Assembly (NCBI GenBank): GCA_964524885.1
Contig: CAZGEJ010000016.1
Coordinates: 28,629 to 92,628 of the forward strand
Origin: an uncultured Candidatus Binatia bacterium
Lineage (GTDB): Bacteria; Desulfobacterota; Binatia; HRBIN30
Direction of reading: 5' to 3'
Length of the DNA stretch: 64,000 nucleotides
Positions 9,772 through 19,850 of this stretch are shown here, in pieces. The notes below the pieces were generated by a model that was not told the origin of the DNA, did no database searches, and saw only the letters and a program-made list of their open reading frames with translations. Numbering within the stretch: position 1 is the first letter of the stretch; the number at the start of each line of letters is the position of its first letter. Made by a program: the position numbers and the translations under genes.

Positions 9772-10066
9772 CTCGATTCTTCCCCAAACGTTTCGCTCCG
9801 GCGCCGCAACTCCAATCCGATGCGGGGATGCCGAGCCGCGCAATGGAGCACGGCGCAACGCGGCTGTCGACCGTCGCCGCCTACCGGCCTAGAGGTTGCG
9901 GGCATGAACGAGCCAAGCCCAGGGGTCGCAACAGGATCCCCAGGCGAAGGTCGTCGATGCATCCGTAGCGATCCGCCACGGTGCTCACCCGCTTGCAAAA
10001 GCGCCGAGGATCACGAACTAGAGGCTCCAGCGAAAACTCCCCGAGCTTTCGCGTCGAGGAAGTGTC

Positions 10067-11209
10067 GTGCCCGCCCGTGAGAGGAACGCCCCGAAGGTGA
10101 CCGTGTTCGGCTTCTATGGGCTCGGCAACTTCGGCGACGATTTGATGGGCTGGATGATCGCCCGCCATCTCGCCGCAATCGGGCATCCCAGCGTGCTCTG
10201 TAGCCTCTCCGACCAGCCCAGCGACAGTCTGCAGGTTGCGGACTTCACCGAAGCGTCGATCGCATCCACCAGGTCCATCGAACAGGCCTTGGAGAACTCC
10301 ACGGCCGCGGTCCTCGGCGGCGGCGGATTGCTCGTCCCGCATACCGATCGCAAGCTGAAGCGCTTCGCGACCTATTTCAGCAAGATCGAACACCTGCTCG
10401 ACGCGATCGCACATCGCGGCATCCCCCTGGCCTTGATCTCCGTCGGCGGCGATGGTGACCCATCGCCCGACAATCTCTCTCGACGAGCAAGGAAGGCCAT
10501 AGGACATGCGTCGATGATCACGACGAGAAATCCATCCGACGTCGCATTGCTCGAGAAATGCGGCATCACCAGTCACTGCTACCCGGACCTCGTTTGGCTG
10601 GCGAGCACCTTCCGTCGCCGCGGTAGGCCAATCGATTCGATGCGAAAAACGCCACACGACTGCGCTCGGCCTCTACGGATCGGGCTCGACCTGTACGCTT
10701 CGAACCTGATCGGCAAGGGCATGCTCCGCTTCCTTGGTCACCTGTATCGCCTGTCGTGGGGAACCTCCCACTTGCAGTTCGTTGCCATCTACAGCAAGCA
10801 CGCACGATGCGGCAGCTTCAGCGGCATGGGCGCGGCGCTATCGCCGGCGACCGTGGATCAGTATCAATTCCACGACTTCGAGTCCGACTTTGCCCAGCTC
10901 GCCTCGCTGGATTTGCTGATTTCCTCGCGGCTGCACGTTCCCATCGTCGCACTGCAGCTCGGAGTGCCGACGATCAGCATCTTCTCCGAGGCCAAGACGA
11001 GAATTTTCTTCGAAGCCAACGGCCTGGCCAACGCCTACCTCGGCGGCGATCGGACGAACGAGCTTTTCTCGCTTCTGCGCGACGAGGCCGCTCTACGTTC
11101 TTGGCTGGATGCCTTCGTATTGCCCGACCTGACGCGGCTGCGGACGGAATGCGGCGGACACTTTCGCCGCCTGCAAGAGTTCCTGGATTTCGATCATGGC
11201 CGGCCGTAG
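10067..11209 (+). CDS. Polysaccharide pyruvyl transferase family protein
   Basis: GFYGLGNFGDD, LGGGGLL and SSRLH motifs. Confidence 0.85.
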   Translation: MPARERNAPKVTVFGFYGLGNFGDDLMGWMIARHLAAIGHPSVLCSLSDQPSDSLQVADFTEASIASTRSIEQALENSTAAVLGGGGLLVPHTDRKLKRFATYFSKIEHLLDAIAHRGIPLALISVGGDGDPSPDNLSRRARKAIGHASMITTRNPSDVALLEKCGITSHCYPDLVWLASTFRRRGRPIDSMRKTPHDCARPLRIGLDLYASNLIGKGMLRFLGHLYRLSWGTSHLQFVAIYSKHARCGSFSGMGAALSPATVDQYQFHDFESDFAQLASLDLLISSRLHVPIVALQLGVPTISIFSEAKTRIFFEANGLANAYLGGDRTNELFSLLRDEAALRSWLDAFVLPDLTRLRTECGGHFRRLQEFLDFDHGRP

Positions 11210-11278
11210 TTCCGCCGTCGATGGCGCATGCGATGAGGGATTCCGTGGCAGCCGCTCGCGCCGCACGAGGCGACGCTC

Positions 11279-12127
11279 ATGAGCGACCACATCGAGGGAT
11301 ACATCCCCCTGTCGGTGATCGTCCCCTTCTACAACGCGATGCCGCATCTGGCGGCCTGCGCCGCATCGCTGCGACGACAACGGGAACGCTTCCCCGAGAC
11401 TGAAGTGCTCTTCGCCGATGCGGATTCGACGGATGATTCGAGTGCCTTCCTGACGGATTGCTTTCCCGAGTTTCGCCTCGTGCGCTCGGCAAGCCGCAAT
11501 GCCTACGCCGCCCGGAATCGTGCCGCCGAGTCGGCCAAGGGAACGATCTTGGCCTTTACCGATGCGGACTGCACCGTCGATTCGGAGTGGTTGAGTAGCG
11601 TACAGCGAGCCGTCGAGCATGGCGCTGACTTGGTGATCGGTCCGGTCGATGCGCCCCCGGGCGTGTCGTCCGCATTATGCGGCGTGCATGCCTACGAGAA
11701 CCGACGCATGGAAGAGATGTGTCGTGCGGGGGGACCATGCATCACCTACGCCTACACCAACAACTTCGCCATGCGTTCCGAGCTGTTCCGTTCCCTGGGA
11801 GGTTTCGATGAATCCCAGAGCCGCGGTGGCGACAGTGAACTGGCCTTGCGAGCTTTGGCGGCAGGCACGGCCACCATGGTGTACGCCCGCGGCATGAGGG
11901 TGGTCCATCTCGAAGTGTCGACGCTGCGCCAATGGTGGCTCAAAAAATTCCTTTACGGCCGTAGTCGCACGGCGCGCCGCACCAACCCTTCCGTCGTCGC
12001 TTACCGCAGCGCCCGCGTCGGGGGTGGAGACGCCGCGACGCTGGCGGCCCTCGGTCTTGGGCGCCTGTTCTACGAGGCGGGCAGCTTGGTGGGATGGTTC
12101 GCCCGGCGCCGGACGCCCTTGCGCTGA
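11279..12127 (+). CDS. Glycosyltransferase family 2
   Basis: SVIVPFYN, ARNRA, FTDADC and GGFDE motifs. Confidence 0.9.
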   Translation: MSDHIEGYIPLSVIVPFYNAMPHLAACAASLRRQRERFPETEVLFADADSTDDSSAFLTDCFPEFRLVRSASRNAYAARNRAAESAKGTILAFTDADCTVDSEWLSSVQRAVEHGADLVIGPVDAPPGVSSALCGVHAYENRRMEEMCRAGGPCITYAYTNNFAMRSELFRSLGGFDESQSRGGDSELALRALAAGTATMVYARGMRVVHLEVSTLRQWWLKKFLYGRSRTARRTNPSVVAYRSARVGGGDAATLAALGLGRLFYEAGSLVGWFARRRTPLR

Positions 12128-12216
12128 CATGCCACGACGCATGACCTGCGAGGTAATCCATCCCCATGTCCGCGTCGGTCCGAACCCGCAGCCGCTCCCT
12201 GGACGCCTCGGTAGAA

Positions 12217-12307
12217 GTGCGGCACCGGCGCCAAGTCGTTGAAAAACAAAGTGCCGGGGACGGGGGTCGAACCCGTATGGGCGAATGCCCGAGGGATTTT
12301 AAGTCCC
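12217..12307. repeat. att direct repeat, distal copy (3' part of tRNA-Leu plus 35 bp downstream)
   Basis: 91 bp identical to 24345-24435. Confidence 0.95.
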
Positions 12308-12419
12308 CTGGAGATGAGCCGAAATCGGACTGAAAACGACGGAAATGGACGCTGGGTGCGGGTTTCCGCGATTCCCGTATAGCTCCCGGAGTCCAAATCA
12401 ATCCAGCCCCGTCGCCCCA

Positions 12420-12442
12420 AATTGCGGAAGAATTGCGGAAGT
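12420..12442. promoter_or_regulatory. Putative integrase arm-type site, (AATTGCGGAAG)x2
   Basis: 23 bp identical to 24296-24318; a degenerate inverted copy is at 12363-12374. Confidence 0.7.
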
Positions 12443-12653
12443 TACAACTTGTGATCCGAGGGCAGCCGCTTCGCCACGCACGCCCCCCGAGTCGTCACCT
12501 CGACGGCGCTCCATGCGCCCTCCCCTCCCAGCCCTCCCCCGCGGGCGTGGCCAGCAGCCGTTGCTTCGCGGACGGTGTAGAATGGTGACTTGGGGGGCCG
12601 GGAAAGAACGCGGGACCCGGGCCGCGACAAGAGAATAGGAGTGGAAGTCCAAT

Positions 12654-13527
12654 ATGGCGAAACGTGGCACCTTAACTCATCGAAAGACGCGCAGGCTGGC
12701 GCGACTGCTCGGAGGCATCCCCCTGCCTTGTGCCCTCGGCGTCGCTGAGGCGCTCTGGCAAGCGACCATCATGCATGCGCCGGACGGAGCGATTGGGAGG
12801 TTATCGGACGAGTCGATAGCCGAAGAGATGTGGTGGGACAGCGACCCTTCCATTCTCGTAGCGGCGCTCGTCGATTCCGGCTTTCTCGATCGTCATGACG
12901 AGCACAGGTTGCTTGTACACGGGTGGTCGGAGCATGCCGACCCAGGAGTCCATATGGCGCTCGCCCGAAAGCGGGCATTCTTCGCCGACGGTTCGACGCC
13001 CAATTTCAACCGCCTGCCGTCACCAGAACGGCGAGCCGCCGCCGAGTTCTATAGCCGCGCCCCCGTGCTGGCGTAATGCAACCCCATGCGCACACTACCT
13101 GACGCCGTGCGCTCAGCACCGATATTCGTGCGCACGCAAGCAACATCCGTGCGCACGCCGTGCGCACGCAACGAACATCCGTGCGCTTGCCGTGCGCACG
13201 GAACTCCGCACCGTGCGCACGGCAAGCACACGCCGTGAGCGAATCCCCACCCCACCCCACCCCACCCCCCCTAAAGAAAAAGAGTCTAACCCGGTGGCGC
13301 CTCTACTAGCCCGTGACGGTACTAGGGCGCCCGCCGAGCCGGAGTCGACGCGCCACCCGGTCCAGCTCTGCTCTTCGACGATTCCGGACCCGAGCACCCA
13401 GGGACGCGAGCTTACGACGCCCGACCTAGTCGGAGTGCCTGAGGCGCCCCCCCTGCGGGGTTTGAGCAAGATGCACCTGCTCCGAGTAGTCGCGGGCGCC
13501 CTTGTCGCTCGGCCGGGTCGGCACTGA
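12654..13527 (+). pseudogene. Phage-type replication initiator (helix-turn-helix N-terminus), split by a +1 frameshift
   Basis: 12654-13076 resembles the N-terminus of phage replication proteins (THRKTRRLARLLG..ALW..APDG..SDESIAE..W..D...V.ALVDSGFLD..HGWSEH). The +1 frame continues through the iteron region and a PTPPHPTPPKEKE linker to a stop at 13527. Confidence 0.55.
13086..13243. repeat. Cluster of palindromic CGTGCGCACG repeats (putative iterons/origin)
   Basis: Perfect copies at 13127, 13148, 13159, 13191 and 13212; degenerate copies near 13086, 13106, 13180 and 13234. Confidence 0.75.
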
Positions 13528-15364
13528 CCGCCTGGGGAGGACGCCCGCTATCGCGTGACCTCGCGCCGTTGACGACGGTCGCCCCGACTCGCCACGCTCG
13601 TGCGTGCCGCACCCGCCGCGCCCCCAGACTCGACCGAACCCCGCCCAGGGGCTCCCAGCGCCCGCCAGGCGCCACGAACGCAGCAGAACGACCCAACCGT
13701 AAGCCGAGAACCAAAGGACGCCCACGGGCCATCCTGGCGCGCCCTGGGGCCATGCTCGCGGTCGGCCACCGCCTCGAAGGCGGACCGAGCGCCCCCGCAT
13801 CGGCCCGCGATGCTGCTGGACTCGTCGTCCCGCTGCAGCGACAGAACCACGGGACGAGCATCCCGCGACAGCGACGATTTGGCCCCAGGGGCGGCCGGCG
13901 ACATCTCGCGCAGTCGTTCGACTGGCGCGGCCTTCCCCCGACGCCCGAGACCTCGGCGTCTCCACGTCGCTCGAAACCCGCACAAGACCCCGAGACTAGG
14001 ACCCTGGGGGCCAATGTCGGACCAGGAGCCATGGTGGCGCGTCTGAGAGGCGCTTGGACGCTCGCAACCACGCGGCGTGCAGCCGGTGCACCGGACCCGT
14101 CGCCCTAGGGGCCGGCGCTCGCCGAAATCCGCGGCTGGACCGAAGCCCCCCGGGCGAGGCGCGCGCCCCGGGACGTCGAGACCCTCGCCACAAGCTACGG
14201 CCGGCACATACGCTCTGCGCGGCACGACGATGCTTCGCGTCCGTCGCTCGACCCCCATCTGCGGCGACCTGACAGCCCGGGCGCGAGATCCGCGAGACAG
14301 GTTCGATCGCCTGGCGGCAGACACCCGGAAGCATCTCGGCGACTAGTCGGAGGTTTGGCTGCGACTTCGCACCGCTTAGTCGTCTACTCATAAGCGGCGA
14401 GAGGCCGCCCTCGGGAAGCCCGACTTATCCCTGAGCCACGCGGGCGCATGGTGAGCCACCGCGTGCGGCAAGCGCCCCCAGAGCGCCGCTGGGGGCCAGC
14501 GCCCCAGGTCGTTGCCGCAGGCAGGTTGCGGCTGCACCAGGACGACGCACCCCCGAGTCTGAGGACGACCGTACCCATGGGGGTTCGGCGAAATAAGGGC
14601 ACCCATGGGGGGTCGGAGGCAAAATCGATCGCCGGAGCCTCGTGTTGGTCGTCGCCCACCACCGGCCGTGCGTCGATGCAGCGGCCTATCCGTGAGGCGG
14701 CGACCTCCCTCATCCGGTCGTCCGCAACTCAGCTCAGCAACCTCGGTGCACCAGAGGAAAGCGCGCGGGTGATGCGCCGAGAGCCCACAGACCAGCGCGC
14801 CACGGCGAGGCGTCGCGTCGCCGTGGCGTAGACGAACGATGGATGACGAGGCGCACGAAATTTTGCGGCACGGGACGCCCTGACCCGTGCCCACGCGCAA
14901 CCTGGCGGCGACCATCGGCTCGCAATTCGCGCCCGTCGGCGGCGCCGACTTAGACCTGCCAGCGCAAGCCCCGCTGCGCGAGCCGCCGCTACGCGCCGAC
15001 GATCTGTGGTGATCTTGGTCAACGCCGAACTCGGCGTGCCTCCTCGACCGACTCCCCAGCCACCCGCCGACGCCTTTAGCGTTCGGCATTTTGCCCGCCG
15101 TCAATGCGTGGGCACCAAGCCCTTGGAAGATCGAGAGTTTCTCTCCATGCCCGGCATATGCCGGCATAGTTGCTGCCGTCATTGCGCGGCTTGGATCCAC
15201 CGCCTCCCACCTGGGCCGGGTAGGTAGCAGGCTCTTCGCTCCTGGGAAGCTCGCTCGAACAAAGCGCCGGGGCGCGCATCCGATCTCGCCTCGCACCACG
15301 TCGGGCAATCGGTGCGCACCGCGATCACCCGCCGAGTACGGCCGCATGGGGGTCAATCGCCCGA

Positions 15365-15383
15365 TTGATTGCAATGCAATCAA
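15365..15383. promoter_or_regulatory. Inverted repeat TTGATTGCA-A-TGCAATCAA, probable FitAB autoregulatory operator
   Basis: Perfect 9-bp IR 32 bp upstream of fitA; the TGCAATCA half-site resembles the Neisseria FitAB half-site TGCTATCA. Confidence 0.65.
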
Positions 15384-15415
15384 CGCCTAATCTCCAGACG
15401 AACGGAGATCGCGCC

Positions 15416-15670
15416 ATGGCCAGCATCACTATCCGCAACCTCGAAGACGACTTGAAGCACCGACTGCGCGTCCGCGCCGCCGAGCACGGACGTTCGATGG
15501 AGGAGGAGGCGCGCGAAATTCTCCGGCACGCGATGACCGAACCCGCCCCGCCGCGCAACCTGGCCGCCGCCATCCGCTCGCGCTTCGCGCCTCTCGGCGG
15601 CGTCGATCTCGACCTGCCGGCACGCGACCCGCTGCGCGAGCCGCCACGATTCTCCGACGAGCCGTCATGA
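15416..15670 (+). CDS. fitA: FitA-like ribbon-helix-helix antitoxin
   Basis: MASITIRNLEDDLKHRLRVRAAEHGRSMEEEAREIL. Confidence 0.9.
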   Translation: MASITIRNLEDDLKHRLRVRAAEHGRSMEEEAREILRHAMTEPAPPRNLAAAIRSRFAPLGGVDLDLPARDPLREPPRFSDEPS

Positions 15671-16083
15671 TCGTGCTCGACACGAACGTCGTCTCGGAAC
15701 TGCTGCGGCCGGTTCCGGCGCCGCAGGTCGAGGCGTGGCTAGCGGCGCAGGACGGCGCGCAGGTGTACTTCACCGCGGTGGGCGAGGCCGAACTACGCTA
15801 CGGCGTGGCTGTCCTGCCGGCAGGCCGACGCCGCGCCGCGCTTGCCGCCGCCGTCGATGCCATGCTGGAGGAAGATTTCCGCGACCGCATCCTGTTCTTC
15901 GACCGCGGCGCCGCCCTCGCCTATGCGGCCATCGCCGCCGACCGACGCGCCGCCGGCCGCCCCATCAGCCAATTCGATTGCCAGATCGCCGCCATCTCCC
16001 GCGCCCACGGCGCCGCCGTGGCCACCCGCAACATCGACGACTTCGCCGGTTGCGGTATCGCCGTCATCGACCCGTGGGCCTAG
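15667..16083 (+). CDS. vapC: PIN-domain toxin (FitB/VapC)
   Basis: MIVLDTNVVSE, E in GEAEL, D..IAA and ATRN..DF motifs; ATGA overlap with the antitoxin. Confidence 0.92.
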   Translation: MIVLDTNVVSELLRPVPAPQVEAWLAAQDGAQVYFTAVGEAELRYGVAVLPAGRRRAALAAAVDAMLEEDFRDRILFFDRGAALAYAAIAADRRAAGRPISQFDCQIAAISRAHGAAVATRNIDDFAGCGIAVIDPWA

Positions 16084-16126
16084 ACCAGCGCGGCGCGACG
16101 AGACCTCGCCTTAAGGAATCGCCAAC

Positions 16127-17746
16127 ATGAAGTGGATCGCTCCGTCAGAAAAAGACGCTGCCTCGACCTCGCTGGAAAAGCGTCTGTGGGACGCCGCCGA
16201 CCAGTTCCGCGCCAACTCCGGCCTCAAGGCGCAGGAATACTCCGGTCCGATCCTGGGCTTGATCTTCTTGCGCTTCGCCGAGGTGCGCTTCGCCGCCCTG
16301 CGACAGAAGCTCGAACGAGCCGGCGCGACGTCCCGGCGCGGCAGCCGTGTCGACGAACCCGCCGCCTACCACGCCGAGAACGTTCTCTACCTCGCCCCAG
16401 AAACGCGCTTCGACCACCTGCTGACCCTGCCCGAAGCGGCCGACATCGGCGCCAAGGTCAACGCGGCGATGCGGGAGATCGAGAAGCACAACCCGCAGCT
16501 CGCCGGCGTGTTGCCCAAGACCTTCAACCTCTTCACCAGCACACTGCTGAAGGATCTCCTCAAGAAGGTCTCCGAAATTCCCGCATCGGTCGATTTCGAC
16601 GCCTTCGGCCGCATTTACGAGTACTTCCTCGGCGAGTTCGCACGCACGGAAGGACAGAAGGGCGGCGAGTTCTACACCCCCGCCAGCATCGTCAAGCTAC
16701 TCGTCGAGGTGATCGAGCCCTACCACGGTCGCATCCTCGACCCGGCCTGCGGCTCGGGTGGTATGTTCGTGCAGTCGGCGCGCTTCGTCGCCGAGCACCA
16801 GAAGAACCCCGCCGCCGAGCTGGCGATTTGCGGCGTCGAGAAGACGGACGAAACCGGGCGGCTCTGCCGCCTGAACCTCGCCGTGCACGGATTGGAGGGC
16901 GACATCCGCCACGGCGGCAACGTCAACAGCTACTACGACGACCCGCACGCGGCGACCGGCCAGTTCGACTTCGTGCTCGCCAATCCGCCCTTCAACGTCA
17001 ACGCGGTGGACAAAGAGCGGCTCAAGGACATGGTGGGCGACGGACGCCGCTACGCCTTCGGCCTACCGAAGACCGACAATGCCAACTACCTGTGGATCCA
17101 GCTCTTCCACTCGGCGCTCAACGCCCAGGGCCGCGCCGGCTTCGTCATGGCCAACTCCGCCTCCGACGCCCGCTCCAGCGAGCAGGAGCTGCGGCAGAAG
17201 CTGATCGAGGCACGCGCGGTGGATGTGATGGTCGCCGTCGGCTCCAACATGTTCTACACGGTGACGCTGCCGTGCACGCTGTGGTTCCTCGACCGCGGCA
17301 AGGCCAAGAGCAATCGCGCCGACACCGTGCTGTTCATCGAGGCCCGCCACATCTACCGGCAGGTAGACCGTGCCCATCGCGACTGGACGCCGGCGCAGAT
17401 CGGCTTCCTGGCCAACCTGGTACGCCTCTATCGCGGCGAAGCGCCCGACCTGACCTTAGGCGGCGACGAGACGGTGGCCAAGCTGAAGGAAGTCTTCGGC
17501 AAGAAGCCCGCCTACGCCGACGTGCCCGGCCTGTGCAAGGCCGCGACGCTGAAGGAGATCGAGGCCCAGGGCTGGTCGCTCAACCCCGGCCGCTACGTCG
17601 GCGTCGCGCCGGGCGAGGAAGTGAGCGACGAGGACTTCAAGGCGCAGCTAGAAGCGCTGAACGAGGAACTGGAGGCACTCAACGCCGAGGCGCGGACGCT
17701 GGAGCAGACCATCGCCGCCAATGTAGCGGGGATTCTGGAGGCGTGA
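16127..17746 (+). CDS. hsdM: Type I restriction-modification DNA methyltransferase subunit M
   Basis: [28 protein letters not shown] and NPPFN motifs. Confidence 0.96.
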   Translation: MKWIAPSEKDAASTSLEKRLWDAADQFRANSGLKAQEYSGPILGLIFLRFAEVRFAALRQKLERAGATSRRGSRVDEPAAYHAENVLYLAPETRFDHLLTLPEAADIGAKVNAAMREIEKHNPQLAGVLPKTFNLFTSTLLKDLLKKVSEIPASVDFDAFGRIYEYFLGEFARTEGQKGGEFYTPASIVKLLVEVIEPYHGRILDPACGSGGMFVQSARFVAEHQKNPAAELAICGVEKTDETGRLCRLNLAVHGLEGDIRHGGNVNSYYDDPHAATGQFDFVLANPPFNVNAVDKERLKDMVGDGRRYAFGLPKTDNANYLWIQLFHSALNAQGRAGFVMANSASDARSSEQELRQKLIEARAVDVMVAVGSNMFYTVTLPCTLWFLDRGKAKSNRADTVLFIEARHIYRQVDRAHRDWTPAQIGFLANLVRLYRGEAPDLTLGGDETVAKLKEVFGKKPAYADVPGLCKAATLKEIEAQGWSLNPGRYVGVAPGEEVSDEDFKAQLEALNEELEALNAEARTLEQTIAANVAGILEA

Positions 17747-17748
17747 GG

Positions 17749-18900
17749 ATGTCCGAGCTTCGACAACCAGTGTGGATCAATGCCGAGGACGTTCCGCCGC
17801 TCCCTGAAGGCTGGCGGTCTCTGCCAACGTCAGAGGCATGCATACAACTGAAGCCGGGGAAACTGTTCGACTCTAAAACTGTGTCCGAGAGCGGAAGCGT
17901 CCCAGTCCTGAACCAATCAGAGGCTGGTTTCCTTGGCTATCACGACGAGGAGCCCGGCGTCACTGCTTCACCTGAGGCCCCCGTCGTCACATTCGCGAAC
18001 CACACATGCGCGATGCGTCTGATGAAGCAGCCGTTCTCCAGCATCCAAAACATATTCCCGAAAATTGGTAAGCCGGGTGTCACGGATACTGTCTATTTCT
18101 ACTACGCAACTCTTGGGCGAGTGGGGCTGTCTGACTACAAGGGACATCATCCAGTATTCCGCCAGGCGCACATTCCGATTCCACCCCTCCCCATCCAGCA
18201 ACGCATCGCGGGCATCCTGTCGGCCTACGACGAGCTGATCGAGAACAGCCAGCGGCGCATCAAGATTCTGGAGTCGATGGCCCGCGCCCTCTACCGCGAG
18301 TGGTTCGTCCACTTCCACTTCCCCGGCCACGAATCCGTCCCCCGCGTCCCGTCCCCCCTCGGCGACATCCCGCAGGGGTGGGAGGTAAAGAAGCTCGATC
18401 AGGTCGCTGAAATCAAAGGCGGCAAGCAACTGGCAAAAGAGAGCATTCACGAGACAGGCGATTTTCCTGTCTTCGGCGGCAACGGCATCCAGGGCTACTC
18501 CGAAAAGGCGACTCACCAAGGATTTGTGATCGCATTTGGACGGGTTGGTGCTTATTGTGGCTCGATCCATTGGTCGTACGACGGAGCTTGGCTCAACAAC
18601 AACTCATCGTCAGTCGTGCCGACGGGGTACGATGAATTGATTCTGCATCACTTGCTCAATTTTAACTTCACCACACTGCGAGGCGGGGCTGCCCAGCCGT
18701 TTATCTCGAACAGCGCTCTGGCGAGCGTCGATTTGGTTTTCCCGTCTGACGTGCTCGCCGGGAAGTTCTGCTCGATCGTGAAGCCACTCCGCCAGCAGCA
18801 AGTAAGGCTCCAGCGCCAAATCCAGAACCTCCGTCGCACTCGTGACCTGCTGCTGCCGCGCCTGCTCTCTGGGCAGATCGATGTGGAAGCCATCGAATGA
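17749..18900 (+). CDS. hsdS: Type I R-M specificity subunit S
   Basis: Two lower-GC TRDs separated by PPLPIQQRIAGILSAYDELIE; ends LRRTRDLLLPRLLSG. Confidence 0.93.
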   Translation: MSELRQPVWINAEDVPPLPEGWRSLPTSEACIQLKPGKLFDSKTVSESGSVPVLNQSEAGFLGYHDEEPGVTASPEAPVVTFANHTCAMRLMKQPFSSIQNIFPKIGKPGVTDTVYFYYATLGRVGLSDYKGHHPVFRQAHIPIPPLPIQQRIAGILSAYDELIENSQRRIKILESMARALYREWFVHFHFPGHESVPRVPSPLGDIPQGWEVKKLDQVAEIKGGKQLAKESIHETGDFPVFGGNGIQGYSEKATHQGFVIAFGRVGAYCGSIHWSYDGAWLNNNSSSVVPTGYDELILHHLLNFNFTTLRGGAAQPFISNSALASVDLVFPSDVLAGKFCSIVKPLRQQQVRLQRQIQNLRRTRDLLLPRLLSGQIDVEAIE

Positions 18901-19850
18901 CGTCCAGTAGGAACCTGAGCAAGCTGGAGCGCGTTCCGCTGCGCGAGGCATGGAAGCATGAGGCGGGCGACTTTACGCCGTGGCTCGCGCAAGCCGAGAA
19001 CCTCGACGCGCTCGCTCAGGCACTCGGCGTGAGCGAGCTTGAACTTGCTTCTACCGAGCAGCGGGTCGGGGACTTCAAGCTCGACATCCTCTGCACCGAT
19101 GGCGACCAACAGGTCATCATCGAGAACCAGCTCGCGGAGACCGACCACAAGCACCTCGGCCAGATCTTGGCCTACGCCGCCGGTGTTGGCGCGCGCAAGG
19201 TGATTTGGGTGGCCGAGTCCTTTCGGCCCGAGCACGCGGCGGCATTGCGGTTCCTGAATGACAACACGACGGCTGACCTGAGCTTCTTCGGCGTGCAAGT
19301 GGAACTCTGGCGCATCGGTGACTCGCCGATGGCGCCGAAGTTCGAGGTGGTCGTGAAGCCCGATGATTGGGTCAAGACGGGTCGGGAGCAGGCACGGGCC
19401 GCTTCGTCGGCCTCGCCGACCAAGCAACTGCAGCTCAAGTTCTGGGCGGCACTCATCGACCGCCTCGCGAAGAACGCACCGCAGATTCGCCCGCAGAAGC
19501 CACGACCCCAGCATTGGCTGAACAACTCGATCGGCCGTTCCGGGTTCGGCCTCAACATCACAGCCAACACCCGCGACGAACGGCTCGGTGTCGAGCTGTG
19601 GATACCAGGCGAGGAGGCCAAGGCTCGCTTCGCTGCGCTGCTGACGCAGAAGGAGAGTATCGAGCGCGCGCTCGGGTTCGAACTCGAATGGCAAGAGCTG
19701 CCTGACGCCAAGGCGTGCCGGATCGTCACGTTCTATCCCAATGCATCCATCCAAGATGAGGCTCGCTGGGACGAGTACCTCCAGTGGCTGGAGCAGCGAT
19801 TGGTGGTGATGGACCGGGTGCTTCGTCCCATCGTGAAAGCGTTGCCATGA
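18897..19850 (+). CDS. DUF4268 protein with an N-terminal PD-(D/E)xK/NucS-like nuclease fold
   Basis: LREAWKHEAGDFTPWL, DILC..IIENQL..TDHKHLGQ, and a DUF4268-like C-terminal half. Confidence 0.75.
   Translation: MTSSRNLSKLERVPLREAWKHEAGDFTPWLAQAENLDALAQALGVSELELASTEQRVGDFKLDILCTDGDQQVIIENQLAETDHKHLGQILAYAAGVGARKVIWVAESFRPEHAAALRFLNDNTTADLSFFGVQVELWRIGDSPMAPKFEVVVKPDDWVKTGREQARAASSASPTKQLQLKFWAALIDRLAKNAPQIRPQKPRPQHWLNNSIGRSGFGLNITANTRDERLGVELWIPGEEAKARFAALLTQKESIERALGFELEWQELPDAKACRIVTFYPNASIQDEARWDEYLQWLEQRLVVMDRVLRPIVKALP

Noticed and set aside
12252-12307. Second tRNA-Leu gene
   Set aside because: Only the 3' part from the anticodon stem onward is present, with no D-arm or 5' acceptor strand. 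It is the att duplication.
14573-14630. Phage cos site
   Set aside because: The resemblance is only loose and no HNH or terminase genes are present, so it is kept only as part of a low-interest finding.
13569-15383. ORF-track entries in the element's gene-poor stretch
   Set aside because: They are low-complexity, overlap on both strands, and lack RBSs and family motifs.
16132-18900. 922-aa ORF suggesting an HsdM-overlapping or fused HsdS
   Set aside because: The upstream part is Arg/Pro-rich shadow-frame sequence over hsdM. The true hsdS starts at ATG 17749, just after the hsdM stop.
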